Source: Dehalococcoidia bacterium
GTDB taxonomy: Bacteria > Chloroflexota > Dehalococcoidia > GIF9 > AB-539-J10
Direction of reading: 5' to 3'
Assembly: GCA_030612025.1 (NCBI GenBank)
Contig: JAUWOR010000005.1
Location: 32,001-96,000, forward strand
DNA: 64,000 nucleotides
How positions within the stretch are numbered: the stretch's first letter is position 1; every line of letters begins with the position of its first letter. The position numbers and the translations under genes were made by a program. The notes below the pieces were generated by a model. That model was not told where the DNA came from, searched no databases, and saw nothing but the letters and a program-made list of their open reading frames with translations. Below are positions 16,627 to 27,189 of the stretch, piece by piece.

Positions 16627-17745
16627 TTAGGGTCTTAATTTCATTTCTAAGTCAACTCGCGTGCGAAGAAAACGATTTAGGTCTTCTCGGTTCAATATGC
16701 CGATAACCTTTCCCTCTTCTACCACCGGTATGTGGTCTGTTTTCCCTATCTCCTGTAGCAGACTTAAGATATCTTGATTAGGGTGGGCTGTTTTCAACTT
16801 GTTAACCGGAGTCATTATATCTCGCACCGTGGTGGTATCCCAATGGGGTGGGGGGATTTTCTTTATGGCACTTAGGGTTATCATGCCTTCTAATAAGGTT
16901 TCCCTGGCTACCGGGAAACAATTCCGTCCTGTAGGCAGAATATACTCTTGAACCAACCTCTCCAAAGTAAGCTCAGGAGTGACAAGGGGGCAGCTATAAT
17001 CGGTAACATGGTGTACTTTAACACCGGAGAGGGAGTCACGTAGCAGGGTCTGTTGATAGGTAGCTCTAGCGGCATCGTGCAAGAACCAACCGATGAAGAT
17101 AAGCCACAGTCCATTCAACCATAAGTGGGCCACAAAAATAATTACCACACCACCAGCGACAAAGGCATAAGCTATACCTTGTCCTACCTTGGTAGCGAGG
17201 CGTGTTGCCCGGTGGTAATTACCCGTTCTCCGCCATATAATGGCACGAAATACTCTGCCTCCATCCAAAGGGAAGCCAGGGATTAGGTTGAACAAAGCTA
17301 AGATCACATTGATTATAGCCAGCCACCGCATTGAGTCGGCTATTAGGGTTTGTTGAGCTTGTGCTAGCAGAATGGACAACCCGTAAAAGATGCCGGCCAT
17401 AGCTAAGCTGGCTAATGGACCAACTACGGCTATCAAAAGCTCTGTGTTTGGGCGGGTTGCCTCTTTAGTTATCTGGGAAATACCGCCGAAGACAAAAAGA
17501 GTAATTTCTTTCACCGGGATGCCATTGCGAATAGCAAGGATACTGTGAGCCAGCTCGTGGATAATTATGGAAGCGAAGAAAAGGATACTGGTTAATATGC
17601 CAAAAGCTATTCGTTCTACGGTAGGATAATCGCCAGGGAAGTAAAGCACTAATGAGGTGGTTACTAGAGCGAAGATAATGAACCAGGTGTAATGGAGCCG
17701 TAGTGGGATGCCAAAAATTTTACCTAGGCTTATGCTACTTTTCAT
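16627..17745 (-). CDS. Site-2 (M50) membrane zinc protease with CBS domains
   Basis: HELAH, FNLIPGFPLDGGR, C-terminal CBS pair. Confidence 0.92.
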   Translation of the reverse strand: MKSSISLGKIFGIPLRLHYTWFIIFALVTTSLVLYFPGDYPTVERIAFGILTSILFFASIIIHELAHSILAIRNGIPVKEITLFVFGGISQITKEATRPNTELLIAVVGPLASLAMAGIFYGLSILLAQAQQTLIADSMRWLAIINVILALFNLIPGFPLDGGRVFRAIIWRRTGNYHRATRLATKVGQGIAYAFVAGGVVIIFVAHLWLNGLWLIFIGWFLHDAARATYQQTLLRDSLSGVKVHHVTDYSCPLVTPELTLERLVQEYILPTGRNCFPVARETLLEGMITLSAIKKIPPPHWDTTTVRDIMTPVNKLKTAHPNQDILSLLQEIGKTDHIPVVEEGKVIGILNREDLNRFLRTRVDLEMKLRP

Positions 17746-18644
17746 CGCTTATCTTGTGGTATAGCGTAGCCTATAAGCTTATAAACCAGTTTGGCCAACA
17801 GAAAAGCACAAGAAGCTGGACCCTCTTGAGGGCAGAACTCCATTAAATCAAAGCCAACTATGTGCCTATGAAGGGCTACCAACCTCAGCAGATTTAAGAC
17901 TTCCTGCCATTGCATGCCCTCAGGTTCAGGAGTGCCCACTGCTGGCATAATTGAGGGGTCAAAGACATCCACGTCTATGGTTAGATAAACGTTTTCGCTG
18001 AGCGTGGCTGTTATTTGCTCGGCGGAAGCTGCACTTGATGCCAAATCAGACATATAGAAAGGTGTCATCTTGTGCTGGTTTAAGAATTGTTTCTCTTCCC
18101 AGCTAAGGCTGCGCACTCCAACTTGAACAATGGGGCAAAGCTCGAAGATGCGACGCATAACGCAAGCCTGGCTATATTTGGTTCCTAGATATTTATGGCG
18201 AAGGTCGGCATGAGCATCCAGTTGCAGCACGGAAAGCTCGGAGAATGTTTCCTTGAAAGCCTGGACTGCTCCTAAAGAGAGCGAGTGTTCCCCACCCAGC
18301 ATTACCACAAATTTCCCCTTTTGTATTAATCCCCTGGTTATATGATAGACCCTGTCTATCATATCTTTGGGGCTGCTCATCACAGACTCTACTTCTGGCA
18401 GAGTATGAATGCCAACTTTATATATCTCCCGGTTTAGCTCTAAGTCATAAAGTTCCAGGTATTGTGAGGCATCAATGATAGCTTGTGAGCCATGACGGGT
18501 GCCACCTCGCCACTCAGTTGTGTTCTCGTAGGGGATGGGTAGGATGGCTACTTTGGCCTTTTCCAAATCAAAGTAAGGTGGTGCTAATCCCGCGAAGACT
18601 CGTCGTGGCAGGAATACCTCTTCTTTATTCCCCATGGTAAACAA
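17742..18644 (-). CDS. speB: Agmatinase
   Basis: GGEHS, DAHADL, DVDVFDPS..PAVGTPEPEG. Confidence 0.92.
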   Translation of the reverse strand: MFTMGNKEEVFLPRRVFAGLAPPYFDLEKAKVAILPIPYENTTEWRGGTRHGSQAIIDASQYLELYDLELNREIYKVGIHTLPEVESVMSSPKDMIDRVYHITRGLIQKGKFVVMLGGEHSLSLGAVQAFKETFSELSVLQLDAHADLRHKYLGTKYSQACVMRRIFELCPIVQVGVRSLSWEEKQFLNQHKMTPFYMSDLASSAASAEQITATLSENVYLTIDVDVFDPSIMPAVGTPEPEGMQWQEVLNLLRLVALHRHIVGFDLMEFCPQEGPASCAFLLAKLVYKLIGYAIPQDKR

Positions 18645-19023
18645 AATTCGGGGGATTAGCTACCGCAGCAAATTCTGCTGACCCTTCCCTATTAATAAGG
18701 CAAGTCCTCAGTTTAGCTAACTGAAATTTATCTCGCAAATCTTTAATTGCTTTATCCGCATCAAAATCCCTGCAGGAAAAGATATCTATATTGACATAAT
18801 TGCTCTCAACAAAGGTATGGACGCTAATATGGCTCTCAGCAATAAAAACAAATCCAGACATCCCCCAATCCTCTGACTTTGATCCTACATACCTAAGCAC
18901 GTAAGGTGGTGAAATTCTTGTCATGCCAATTTCAGAGGGGTAAGTTTCCAACCAATGCTTAAGAGAATCCATGTCTTGAAGAATTTTTTGGTTAGCGGAA
19001 TAACCATCTATAATCAAATGCAT
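18625..19023 (-). CDS. speD: Pyruvoyl-dependent decarboxylase proenzyme (class 1B AdoMetDC family)
   Basis: MHLIIDGY, cleavage motif IAESHISVHT, DIFSC. Confidence 0.85.
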   Translation of the reverse strand: MHLIIDGYSANQKILQDMDSLKHWLETYPSEIGMTRISPPYVLRYVGSKSEDWGMSGFVFIAESHISVHTFVESNYVNIDIFSCRDFDADKAIKDLRDKFQLAKLRTCLINREGSAEFAAVANPPNFVYHGE

Positions 19024-19074
19024 CAGACTTCCTTCATAAGACGAGGATGACCCCCGCCATTATGGTTGTTTACC

Positions 19075-19280
19075 GTAGGGTCGGGGCTTGTCTCCGACCG
19101 GCACTTTAACAATATTAGCTCCCAGCCCCTCACTTCTTGTCATTCTGAGGGAGAGAAGCGACCCAAGAATCTCCTCTTCACGGAGCCTGCCCTGAGCACT
19201 AAGAGATTCTTCGCTATGCTCAGAATGACACCAAGCGAAGGGTTCAGAGCTTTGGCTCATCAGGACAAGCTCCGCAATGC
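19075..19280. repeat. Composite cluster of palindromic repeats
   Basis: GTAG-type gtaggggtcggggcttgtctccgacc, then tgtcattctgag...aagaatctc / gagattcttcgctatgctcagaatgaca, nested with cctgccctgagc..gcgaaggg. Confidence 0.75.
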
Positions 19281-19289
19281 AGCCATCAA

Positions 19290-20585
19290 TTAGCATTTAA
19301 TTGCCGAAACACCTAAGTATTTTTCTACTATTGCCATGGCACAATATTTGCCACACATGCTGCAAGTTTCTCCTGCTGTGGGAATCTTACTATGAATTCG
19401 CTTTGAAAGCTCTGGATCCAAGGACAATTCAATTTGAGTGGCCCAATCAAGATTCTTGCGAGCCCGGGACATTCTTTCATCCCACTCCTTGGCACCCTTT
19501 ACCCCCTTAACAATGTCACCAGCATGAGCAGCTATGCGAGAGGCTATCACTCCTTGCTTTACATCTTCTATATTGGGAAGGGAAAGGTGTTCCGTGGGAG
19601 TGACGTAGCACAAGAAATCTGCCCCAGCGGCGGCAGCAATGGCACCTCCGATAGCACCAGTAATGTGGTCGTAGCCAGCACCTATATCAGTTACCAATGG
19701 ACCCAGGACATAGAAAGGCGCTCCGTGGCACAAGCTTTTTTCTAATTGAACATTGCTGGCTACTTGATCCAGGGGTAAATGTCCTGGCCCTTCGACAAAA
19801 ACTTGAATTTCAGCTTCCCTAGCGCGCTTTACTAATTCACCTTGGATGATTAACTCCTCGATTTGAGCCCTATCGGTGGCATCGGCGATACTTCCTGGAC
19901 GCAAGCTATCTCCCAAGCTTAAGGCAAAATCACATTTATGGGCTAAATCTAACAAGCGGTCATAATATTGATATAGAGGATTTTCTTCCTCGTTATGTAG
20001 CATCCAGCCAGTGAGGAAGGCGCCTCCCCGAGAAACTATATCAGTTGTTCTACCTTGGTTTTTTAGCCGTGCTATGGATGCCCGAGTTACACCACAATGA
20101 ACGGTCATGAAATCAACGCCGTCTCTAGCTTGCTCCTCAACCACGTCAAAGATCTCGTCAACAGTCATGTTCAGGATAGCTCCGTGCTTCTCAATAGCCT
20201 CAATCCCAGCTTGATAAATGGGCACAGTTCCCATGGGCAAGGGGCTAGCGTTGATGATGGCTCTTCTGATGGCTGAAATATCACCTCCGGTGCTCAAATC
20301 CATCACTGTATCGCTGCCAGAATCAATGGCGGCTTGTAGTTTCTTAAGTTCTGTGTCTAAATCAAAAAAGTCCGATGATGTACCTATATTGGCATTAATT
20401 TTAGTCCTTAGTCCCTTGCCTATGCCACAAGGGACTAGGTTTGCATGATTAGGATTGGCTGGAATTACGATTGAGCCCTCAACCAAGCCTTGAAGAACAA
20501 AGTTTACCTCTACCCTTTCCTGCTCAGCTACATGTTTTACCTGGGGCGAAACAACACCACTTCGAGCCAGTTCTAGTTGAGTCAT
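19290..20585 (-). CDS. thiC: Phosphomethylpyrimidine synthase (ThiC family; BzaF-like paralog not excluded)
   Basis: [29 protein letters not shown]-terminal CSMCGKYC. Confidence 0.88.
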   Translation of the reverse strand: MTQLELARSGVVSPQVKHVAEQERVEVNFVLQGLVEGSIVIPANPNHANLVPCGIGKGLRTKINANIGTSSDFFDLDTELKKLQAAIDSGSDTVMDLSTGGDISAIRRAIINASPLPMGTVPIYQAGIEAIEKHGAILNMTVDEIFDVVEEQARDGVDFMTVHCGVTRASIARLKNQGRTTDIVSRGGAFLTGWMLHNEEENPLYQYYDRLLDLAHKCDFALSLGDSLRPGSIADATDRAQIEELIIQGELVKRAREAEIQVFVEGPGHLPLDQVASNVQLEKSLCHGAPFYVLGPLVTDIGAGYDHITGAIGGAIAAAAGADFLCYVTPTEHLSLPNIEDVKQGVIASRIAAHAGDIVKGVKGAKEWDERMSRARKNLDWATQIELSLDPELSKRIHSKIPTAGETCSMCGKYCAMAIVEKYLGVSAIKC

Positions 20586-20721
20586 CTTGCTATATACCTC
20601 TATATTAAATTAAGTTTAGATGGCAAATTTAACATGGGACGATTCTGAATGCAAGTCTGAAAAGCTTGAATAAGCTAGCTAAATAGCTACCAAGAGCAGG
20701 GCCTTTAATTGTTGAGATACT

Positions 20722-22404
20722 TCACATTCTTTCCGGAGCTGTCATGCCCATGAGGTGAAGGGTCTTGGCTAGGACAATTTGAGTTGCCTTGACCAGTTTG
20801 AGCCGAGCTCTGGTTAATGCCTCATCTTGGGAAACTACCCGGCACTGCTTGTAGAAGCTATGGAAGGCAGTGGCCAAATCCTGGGCATAGTAAGGCAAAT
20901 GGTGAGGCTCGAGAGTATTTACTATCTCCTCTATTACTTCGGGTAGGAGGATTAAGCGGCGAATTAAGGTTAGCTCTGGCTCAGTAATAAGCAGGGAAAC
21001 ATCACCTTGGCTGTAATCAATTCCCTTTTGGTTGGCTAAGCGAAGGATACTGGCAATCCTGGCATGGGCATATTGAACATAATAGACAGGGTTATCTAGT
21101 GACTGTTTCTTAGCTAGCTCTAGGTCGAAGTCCATCTGGCTATCAGCGGAGCGAGAGAGGAAGAAAAAGCGGCAGGCATCTGCCCCTACCTCCTCTACTA
21201 CCTCCCGCAGGGTAATAATATCGCCGCTACGCTTGGATGCTCTAATTACCTCCTCCCCACGCCGTAAGGTGACTAACTGGCAGATTATTACTTTGAGCTG
21301 TTCAGGGTCCTTTCCCAGGGCTTTCATTACCGCCTTCATACGGGGCACATGCCCTTGGTGATCAGCACCCCAGATATCAATCACGGTGTCAAATTTTCGT
21401 TTTATGAACTTGTTGTAATGGTAGGCAATATCGGAGGCAAAATAAGTAGGGGAGCCATCACTACGCACCAGCACGTTATCTTTATCCTCACCCAAGGCAC
21501 TTGATTCAAACCAGATGGCATTATCCCTTTTAGTTACATAGCCTTCTCCTTGTAATAACTCCATAGCTCGGTGGTATTGCTTATTGTGATAAAGGCTTTT
21601 TTCGCTAAACCAAGCGTCGAACTCCACGCCTAAAAGCTCGAGGTCAGACCTTATCCACTTAATAATCTTACCCTGTCCAATTTTGCCTATTTCTTGAACA
21701 GGATATTTCCCCTCAAAACTAATCTCCGCTATTTTACAAATTGCCTTCTCTTTTCCCCCTTGTTCAGCAATAATTTCCCTTGCCAGCTCTATCATATAGT
21801 CACCGAGGTAGCCATCTTTTGGCATCTCAGCAGAGATTTCCAAAAGCTGCAGATAGCGAGCATGGAGAGAGCGGTTGAAAGCATCTATCTGGCTACCGGC
21901 GTCGTTGATATAGTATTCCTTTTCCACATAATAGCCAGCAGCAGTGAGAACGTTGGCTAGAGTACTACCTAAGACAGCACCACGACCATGACCTACGTGA
22001 AGAGGTCCGGTGGGATTGACGCTAACGAACTCAATTTGAGTGTGACTGCCTTTGCCTAGAGTAAGGTTACCGTATGACTCACCAGCAGCCGAAACAAATT
22101 CTGCTTGTTCGGCTAGCCAATCATCTCGCAGGGTGAAATTAATGAAGCCCGGTGGAGCGATGGCAAACCTATCAATTTCCGGAGGGAGTGATATATGCTT
22201 AGCTACTTTCTCAGCTATAACCAGAGGGGGCTCTTTAGCTGTTCGAGCTAGCTTTAGGGGAAGTCCTGAGGCGAAATCTCCATGCTCGGGATTCTGGGGG
22301 TGCTCTATAACTACTTCGGGCAGCGTTACAACAACGAGACTGCCCTCTCGTTGTGCCTCAGTTACAGCCTGCTGCAAACAAGTGGCTAACCTTTTCTTAA
22401 CCAT
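20722..22404 (-). CDS. argS: Arginine--tRNA ligase
   Basis: EFVSVNPTGPLHVGHGR, WGADHQG, SKRSG, YVQYAHARI. Confidence 0.97.
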   Translation of the reverse strand: MVKKRLATCLQQAVTEAQREGSLVVVTLPEVVIEHPQNPEHGDFASGLPLKLARTAKEPPLVIAEKVAKHISLPPEIDRFAIAPPGFINFTLRDDWLAEQAEFVSAAGESYGNLTLGKGSHTQIEFVSVNPTGPLHVGHGRGAVLGSTLANVLTAAGYYVEKEYYINDAGSQIDAFNRSLHARYLQLLEISAEMPKDGYLGDYMIELAREIIAEQGGKEKAICKIAEISFEGKYPVQEIGKIGQGKIIKWIRSDLELLGVEFDAWFSEKSLYHNKQYHRAMELLQGEGYVTKRDNAIWFESSALGEDKDNVLVRSDGSPTYFASDIAYHYNKFIKRKFDTVIDIWGADHQGHVPRMKAVMKALGKDPEQLKVIICQLVTLRRGEEVIRASKRSGDIITLREVVEEVGADACRFFFLSRSADSQMDFDLELAKKQSLDNPVYYVQYAHARIASILRLANQKGIDYSQGDVSLLITEPELTLIRRLILLPEVIEEIVNTLEPHHLPYYAQDLATAFHSFYKQCRVVSQDEALTRARLKLVKATQIVLAKTLHLMGMTAPERM

Positions 22405-22405
22405 A

Positions 22406-22433
22406 GAGATTGCTTCGCTCCGCTCGCAATGAC
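22406..22433. repeat. REP-like element (GAGATTGCTTCGCT..CGCAATGACA family)
   Basis: Copies at 22406, 22723 (inside recG), 40181 and 43423; degenerate copies at 53664 and 54410. Confidence 0.8.
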
Positions 22434-22437
22434 ATTA

Positions 22438-24933
22438 CTAGCTCCATTCAGCGCTTTTAGACCACACTTGAGATAATTGCTGTCTTAGAAGGCGATGTTC
22501 GGGTTTTCCCAAATTACTGTCACTTTGAAAAAGGGCTATTGCCTCCTGCCGAGCCAGCTCTAGGAGGCGTAAATTTGATAGTTTAGCTATTTTAAGGTCA
22601 GGTAGGCCACTTTGGTGTGTGCCAAAAAATTCTCCCGGGCCTCTTAGCTCTAGATCCTTCTCGGCTAAAGCAAAACCATCGTGAGTTTTCTCCATTAGCT
22701 GAAGGCGGTCTCTTGCTTCAGGTGTGGTTGCTTCGCTTCGCTCGCAATGACAGGAAGGGATAAGTAGGCAATAAGCTTGCTCTTTATCTCGGCCCACTCG
22801 CCCTCTAAATTGATGGAGCTGTGATAGCCCGAAGCGCTCAGCGCCCTCCACTAACATTACTGTGGCGTTAGGTATATCAATGCCCACTTCTACCACCGAT
22901 GTTGACACTAGAATATCAAGCATACCTTCTCGGAAGCGGCGCATTACCTTTTCTTTATCACCAGGGGGCATTCGCCCATGGAGTAACCCCAATTTTAAAT
23001 CTGGGAAAATTTCTCTGGATAGATACTCGTATTCACTTGTAGCGGCTTTTGCCTCAAGTGTTTCTGATTCTTCAATCAGAGGACAGATAATGAAAGCTTG
23101 CTTACCATTACTGACCTGGCGACGGAGGAAGCTATAAGCTTTTTCTGTGTACTGGGGCTCAAGGAATCTTGTTTTCACTTCCTGTCGTCCTGGAGGCAGC
23201 TCGTCAATAACTGAGAGGTCGAGGTCACCGTAAAGTGTCAGTGCCATAGTTCGCGGGATAGGGGTGGCGGTCATAACCAATATATGAGGGTTAAAGCCTT
23301 TTTGACGCAATGCAGAACGTTGTAAAACACCGAATCTTTGTTGCTCATCTGTCACTGCTAACCCTAGCTGGTAAAATTCTACCTCTTTTTGGATAAGGGC
23401 GTGGGTGCCAATGACAATATCAATTTCACCCTGCTTAATTTTACGATGTAAATCCTCCTTCACGCTATCTTTAAGGCTGCCGATGAGCAAAGCGATAGTA
23501 AGTGGCTGGGAGAGAAAGCCTATATAGCATTCAACATTATTGCCTATTTTCTCTTTCTGCGTGCTGGCGTTAGACAAATAATCACAGATATTGCTGAAAT
23601 GCTGCTCAGCCAGCACTTCAGTGGGCGCCATCAACGCTCCTTGGTAGCTGTTGGCCGCTGCCATTAATAAAGCCAAAGTAGCAATCACGGTCTTGCCACT
23701 CCCTACTTCGCCTTGAAGAAGGCGTGACATAGCTCTGGGTTGCTTAAGGTCAGCTAAAATTTCCCATAGTACTCGCTCCTGAGCTCGGGTCAAAGTGAAG
23801 GGTAAACAATGTAAGAACCCGTCAATAACCTCCTGATATATATTAAAGGCATGGCCTGGCTGGCTTTCTTGCCAATCCCGCTTTCTTGCCAGCACGCCTA
23901 ATTGAAGTAAGAATAGCTCATCAAAGGCTACCCTCTCCTTTGCCCTCCCCGCTATTAAGTGGCCGTCAGGATAGTGGATTTGAGCAATCGCTTCAGGAAG
24001 ATTTAATAGCTGGTAGCGGTTTTTTATCTCCAAGGGTAAGAAATCGCTCACTCGCCATGCCCAACCATCAATGGCTTCTTTCGTCCATTTCCTCACTTGC
24101 CGGGGATACAAGCCTTGAGTAAGAGGATAAATGGGGACCAAGCGGCCAGTGTGGATCAGTTCTTTATTCTCAAGCAATTCCCATTCAGGAGACTGGAAGA
24201 CTTTTTGACCCTTGAATAAACTGACTGTACCACTAATTACTACCTTGGCGTTGGTGGGAAATCTTTTAGCCAGATAAGGTTGGTTGAACCAGACTACTTT
24301 GATGTTCCCAGTCTCATCGCTCACTATTGCCTCAGTGCCTTGCCGATTACCAAAAGTAGCTATCCTAGCTTGCCATATTGTAGCTACAATAGTTTGCTCC
24401 TCACCTTCCTTAAGTTCAGAGATAGGTTTCCTCTGGCTGTAATCGACATACCTCCGGGGGAAAAAATAAAGTAAATCATGCATTGTTCTCACATCTAGCT
24501 TGGCAAATTTAGTGGCTACACGGGGTGTAATGCCTTTGATAATAGTTATAGGGGAATTTAATCCTTCGCTTCTTTTCCCAGGGCGTGACGTAACTGTTAC
24601 CCTCACCTTATTCCTCTCTTGTAAGGAAGAAGAGAATTCATTACATAGAGGAGAGGTGAGGGTGCCTTGCTTTACTTCTTCCAGCTTGCTTAGCCAGTCG
24701 AAGAGACGCATTACACATTTCTTACGCTCGTCTACATCACAGGAGCCGTAATTGGAGTTAGCTAAATTGAGTTTATCGAATTCAGCTAAAAGTTGCTGGT
24801 TATTTACGCCTTGCCTGATTTGTCCTGCCTGTTTGTGAAGATATTTATCCAAACCACCGATTACTGCTTTATCGGTATATCCTTGCTTACGCTCCAGTTC
24901 AAGGATTTTTCTTAGTGAATCGGTAGTTATCAC
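22438..24933 (-). CDS. recG: ATP-dependent DNA helicase RecG
   Basis: QGEVGSGKT, MAPTEVLAEQH, DEQQRFG, MTATPIPRT, QLHQFRGRVGR, DLELRGPGE. Confidence 0.96.
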   Translation of the reverse strand: MITTDSLRKILELERKQGYTDKAVIGGLDKYLHKQAGQIRQGVNNQQLLAEFDKLNLANSNYGSCDVDERKKCVMRLFDWLSKLEEVKQGTLTSPLCNEFSSSLQERNKVRVTVTSRPGKRSEGLNSPITIIKGITPRVATKFAKLDVRTMHDLLYFFPRRYVDYSQRKPISELKEGEEQTIVATIWQARIATFGNRQGTEAIVSDETGNIKVVWFNQPYLAKRFPTNAKVVISGTVSLFKGQKVFQSPEWELLENKELIHTGRLVPIYPLTQGLYPRQVRKWTKEAIDGWAWRVSDFLPLEIKNRYQLLNLPEAIAQIHYPDGHLIAGRAKERVAFDELFLLQLGVLARKRDWQESQPGHAFNIYQEVIDGFLHCLPFTLTRAQERVLWEILADLKQPRAMSRLLQGEVGSGKTVIATLALLMAAANSYQGALMAPTEVLAEQHFSNICDYLSNASTQKEKIGNNVECYIGFLSQPLTIALLIGSLKDSVKEDLHRKIKQGEIDIVIGTHALIQKEVEFYQLGLAVTDEQQRFGVLQRSALRQKGFNPHILVMTATPIPRTMALTLYGDLDLSVIDELPPGRQEVKTRFLEPQYTEKAYSFLRRQVSNGKQAFIICPLIEESETLEAKAATSEYEYLSREIFPDLKLGLLHGRMPPGDKEKVMRRFREGMLDILVSTSVVEVGIDIPNATVMLVEGAERFGLSQLHQFRGRVGRDKEQAYCLLIPSCHCERSEATTPEARDRLQLMEKTHDGFALAEKDLELRGPGEFFGTHQSGLPDLKIAKLSNLRLLELARQEAIALFQSDSNLGKPEHRLLRQQLSQVWSKSAEWS

Positions 24934-24945
24934 TTTGCGAAGGCG

Positions 24946-25227
24946 TCACTTAATTATGCTAAGGTTACAGCACTTATAGAATATCACATTTGTCTCTTTA
25001 GATAATTTAGTAAAAAGCTCAGCAAAGAAATCCGGGGGCACAGTTGAGGTGGTGGGGATAATCTTGCCTCTTTCTAGCCTATAATAGAATTCCTCTGTGC
25101 TTATATCAACATTATCGCGGTAAGCCTCGCTACCAAAATTGACATACAACGGCACCATTGTAATCCCAAACTTCTGAGCTAGTTGAGGAGTAATATTAGA
25201 GAGGCTATCAGTTACAGCTTTAACCAT
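24946..25227 (-). pseudogene. Truncated DegV/FakB (N-terminal third only)
   Basis: VTDS...ITMVPLYVNFG..YRDNVDISTEEFY...PTTS, ending at 93 aa; DegV proteins are about 280 aa. Confidence 0.75.
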
Positions 25228-25270
25228 TACTCTCTGCCCCTGAAAAACTTAGTTTTTCAGGGGCCCGAGG

Positions 25271-26923
25271 TTATTCCAGCGAGATTATATAATTATAATG
25301 TGGTTGCCCACCCTGGACCACTTCAACCTCAAGGTGATATTCCTCCCGGATTTTCTGGGCTATATCCTCCGCTTCAATGGCTTGAGCTTCAGCAGCGTAA
25401 TAAATAGTTACCATTTCTGTGTTTTCAATATTGGCTTTCGTTAGAGCTTGAAAAATAACATCTAACATATTATTGCCACCAGCTATTAAATCCTCATCAT
25501 TTAGAATAGCAATAGGTTGCCCCTTCTTTATTTCTTGGCCGTTCATCCGTGTCTTACGCACTGCTTTAGTAACTCCTATGGTCTTTACTGCGGTCATCGC
25601 CTCTTCCATAGCTCGAGTATTTTCCTCTAAGTCCATGTCATAACTAAAGGCGAGGGATGCGGCTATGCCCTGGGGGATAGTCCTGGTAGGGATTACCTTC
25701 ACCCTCTTTGAAGTTAAAGACTCAACCTGCGAAGCTGTGTGGATGATATTCTTGTTATTGGGCAATAGAATAATATTGTCCGAGGGTGCTGCTTCTACAG
25801 CCTTCAATAACTCGCGAACGCTGGGATTCATTGTTTGACCGCCAGGAACAATAATTGTAGCCCCTAGGCTATTAAACACCTCAAAAAAGCCATCTCCAGC
25901 GGCGACTGTTACTATAGCGATGTCGACCCTGGGCATTCTTTCTTTTTGTATCTTAATAAATTCTGCATATTGATCATCCATATTGTTGACCTTTACCTGA
26001 TGTAGTGTGCCTAAGTGGGTAGCATAATCAAGAATTTCACCGGGCTTAAAGCTGTGGATATGAATTCTAACCATGGAGCAGTTGCCAGCAACAATTAGGG
26101 ATTGCCCTTTCTTCTTTAACTTTTTCTTGATCTTGCTCAAATTAAGTTTTTGCCCCTCCAGTAGAAACTCGAGGCAATATCCATAAGGCACTTCTACCTC
26201 AGCCGTTGGAGCCATTTTAGAAGCTAGGGGTAAGTTGGCAGAGACTAGCTGAGGTTTCCGGCCTTTCATTTTATCGGCTTCTCCTTTAAGGAAGTGCCGG
26301 GCACCATCGAGCAATACATATAAACCTTGCCCCCCGGCATCTACTACCCCAGCTTCACGTAATACTGGTAGCAAGTCAGGTGTCCGAGCCACTGAATCCC
26401 TAGCTGCCTCTGTGGCAGTTTCTACTACGGAAAGCAAGTTTTCAGAATCGGTTTTGGCGGCTATATCGGCCGCGTTAGCGGCATCTTTAAGCACCGTCAG
26501 TATAGTTCCTTCTACCGGGTGCATGATTCCTTCGTAAGCAACTTGCGATGCTTCAGCTAGGGCCTTGGCAAAATCTTTGCCATTGAAGGATTTCTTGTCT
26601 TCCAATCCCTTGGCCAAGCCACGCAGGAATTGGGATAGGATAACTCCTGAATTACCTCGTGCTCCCATTAAAGCACCATAAGCCATTGATTTGGCTACTG
26701 AAGAAGCATCGCTATCTGTGTTCTGTTTTGCCTCTTGCATAGCAGAGTGCATAGTAAGCAACATGTTGGTTCCTGTATCCCCATCGGGGACCGGGAAAAC
26801 ATTTATAGCGTTGATTTCGGGAACACATTTCTCAATCCAGGTTGTACCTAGGGCAAACATCTTTCTCAATATCTTGCCATCAGCTAATTTAGCTCCCATT
26901 TCTCTTCGCCTACCTTGGTACAA
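25271..26923 (-). CDS. fakA: DAK2-domain fatty acid kinase subunit A
   Basis: INVFPVPDGDTGTNM, GARGNSGVILSQ, VVDAGGQG, GGQTMNPS, GGQPHY. Confidence 0.93.
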   Translation of the reverse strand: MYQGRRREMGAKLADGKILRKMFALGTTWIEKCVPEINAINVFPVPDGDTGTNMLLTMHSAMQEAKQNTDSDASSVAKSMAYGALMGARGNSGVILSQFLRGLAKGLEDKKSFNGKDFAKALAEASQVAYEGIMHPVEGTILTVLKDAANAADIAAKTDSENLLSVVETATEAARDSVARTPDLLPVLREAGVVDAGGQGLYVLLDGARHFLKGEADKMKGRKPQLVSANLPLASKMAPTAEVEVPYGYCLEFLLEGQKLNLSKIKKKLKKKGQSLIVAGNCSMVRIHIHSFKPGEILDYATHLGTLHQVKVNNMDDQYAEFIKIQKERMPRVDIAIVTVAAGDGFFEVFNSLGATIIVPGGQTMNPSVRELLKAVEAAPSDNIILLPNNKNIIHTASQVESLTSKRVKVIPTRTIPQGIAASLAFSYDMDLEENTRAMEEAMTAVKTIGVTKAVRKTRMNGQEIKKGQPIAILNDEDLIAGGNNMLDVIFQALTKANIENTEMVTIYYAAEAQAIEAEDIAQKIREEYHLEVEVVQGGQPHYNYIISLE

Positions 26924-27006
26924 TTGCTGCTATGACTTTAGTATGATAGCATTACTATAATACCCCGGGTATCATTTATAGTAAAGGGGGTTAAAAGAAT
27001 TTTCCC

Positions 27007-27189
27007 ATGAAGTGCGATATTTGTGGCAAAAGAGTTCAATTTGGACAGAGTGTAAGTCATTCTAAAAAGAGTACTAAACGGAAGTGGTTACCCAATATTC
27101 ATAGGGTTACAATTGTTGTGGGTGGGAAGAAGCAGAAAGTTAATATTTGCACCAGGTGTCTGCGTAGCCAATACAAAGCAGCCCATTAG
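27007..27189 (+). CDS. rpmB: 50S ribosomal protein L28
   Basis: CDICGK..GQSVSHS..KRKWLPNI..CTRCLR. Confidence 0.95.
   Translation: MKCDICGKRVQFGQSVSHSKKSTKRKWLPNIHRVTIVVGGKKQKVNICTRCLRSQYKAAH

Noticed and set aside
19060-19296. 78-aa and 75-aa ORFs between thiC and speD
   Set aside because: They consist almost entirely of translated palindromic repeats (CHSEHSEES, LRMT).
20586-20721. TPP riboswitch upstream of thiC
   Set aside because: I could not see the conserved CUGAGA/aptamer core in this short AT-rich spacer.
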